Shown: positions 14,678 through 14,804 of the stretch, one piece after another
How the letters are laid out: each line of letters begins with the position of its first letter
Position numbering within the stretch: the first letter of the stretch is position 1
Virus record (IMG/VR): IMGVR_UViG_3300025073_000001
Reading direction: 5' to 3' (one strand)
Length of the DNA stretch: 14,804 nucleotides
From: a virus
Taxonomy: Duplodnaviria > Heunggongvirae > Uroviricota > Caudoviricetes
Notes under the pieces: generated by a model
Seen by the model: only the letters and a program-made list of their open reading frames with translations
Database searches by the model: none
What the model was told of the DNA's origin: nothing
Made by a program: the position numbers and the translations under genes

Positions 14678-14804
14678 TAAGATTCCTCATTGCATTGGTT
14701 AACAGTTTTTCAACAAACTGATTAATCTTTAAGCAATGCTCATTACAATGACGAACTATTTCATCATGTATTGCTTCATTAACTTGAAATGTCTTAACCT
14801 TTTT
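14649..14804 (-). CDS. Ribbon-helix-helix-like small DNA-binding protein, 5' end outside the window
   Basis: Not in the ORF track. Hand translation: ...KKVKTFQVNEAIHDEIVRHCNEHCLKINQFVEKLLTNAMRNLSESTKPRTE*. Alternating beta strand (KTFQV) followed by two amphipathic helices. Overlaps the endonuclease start by 29 nt. Confidence 0.6.
   Translation of the reverse strand, partial: KKVKTFQVNEAIHDEIVRHCNEHCLKINQFVEKLLTNAMRNLSESTKPRTE

Noticed and set aside
1-14804. Alternative genetic code (stop-codon reassignment seen in some large phages)
   Set aside because: The standard code gives near-complete coding density with full-length enzyme domains; TGA and TAA both act as coupled stops, and no TAG-fragmented genes are apparent.
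1-14804. CRISPR array, DGR template/variable repeats, att sites
   Set aside because: No regularly spaced or long direct repeats were seen by eye, and there is no reverse transcriptase or integrase. A computational self-dotplot would be needed to exclude weak repeats.

Overview
AT-rich, gene-dense segment with every credible gene on the minus strand and many 1-4 nt stop/start overlaps (ATGA, TAATG). This is typical of a large tailed phage genome; a Bacteroidota host is inferred from weak cues. About 40 co-directional ORFs read from right to left. Recognisable enzymes are a free-standing GIY-YIG/NUMOD3 homing endonuclease (preceded by a partial RHH-like gene), two paralogous GT8-like glycosyltransferases, a NADAR protein, an FAD-dependent oxidoreductase, a papain-like C1 peptidase, a class I SAM methyltransferase, an A1S_2505/macro-like protein, a dATP/dGTP diphosphohydrolase-HAD nucleotidase fusion, a GT2-like glycosyltransferase, a DUF6165-like protein and, cut by the left edge, a NodB-type polysaccharide deacetylase. 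These are separated by blocks of small hypothetical ORFs. The most notable signal is a dispersed glycan build-and-decorate gene set interleaved with nucleotide-pool and ADP-ribose-removal enzymes. Several real-looking genes are missing from the supplied ORF track (both edge genes and two small membrane proteins). All family calls come from motif recognition by eye; no database search was run. No tRNA, rRNA, CRISPR array, integrase or structural gene was seen.
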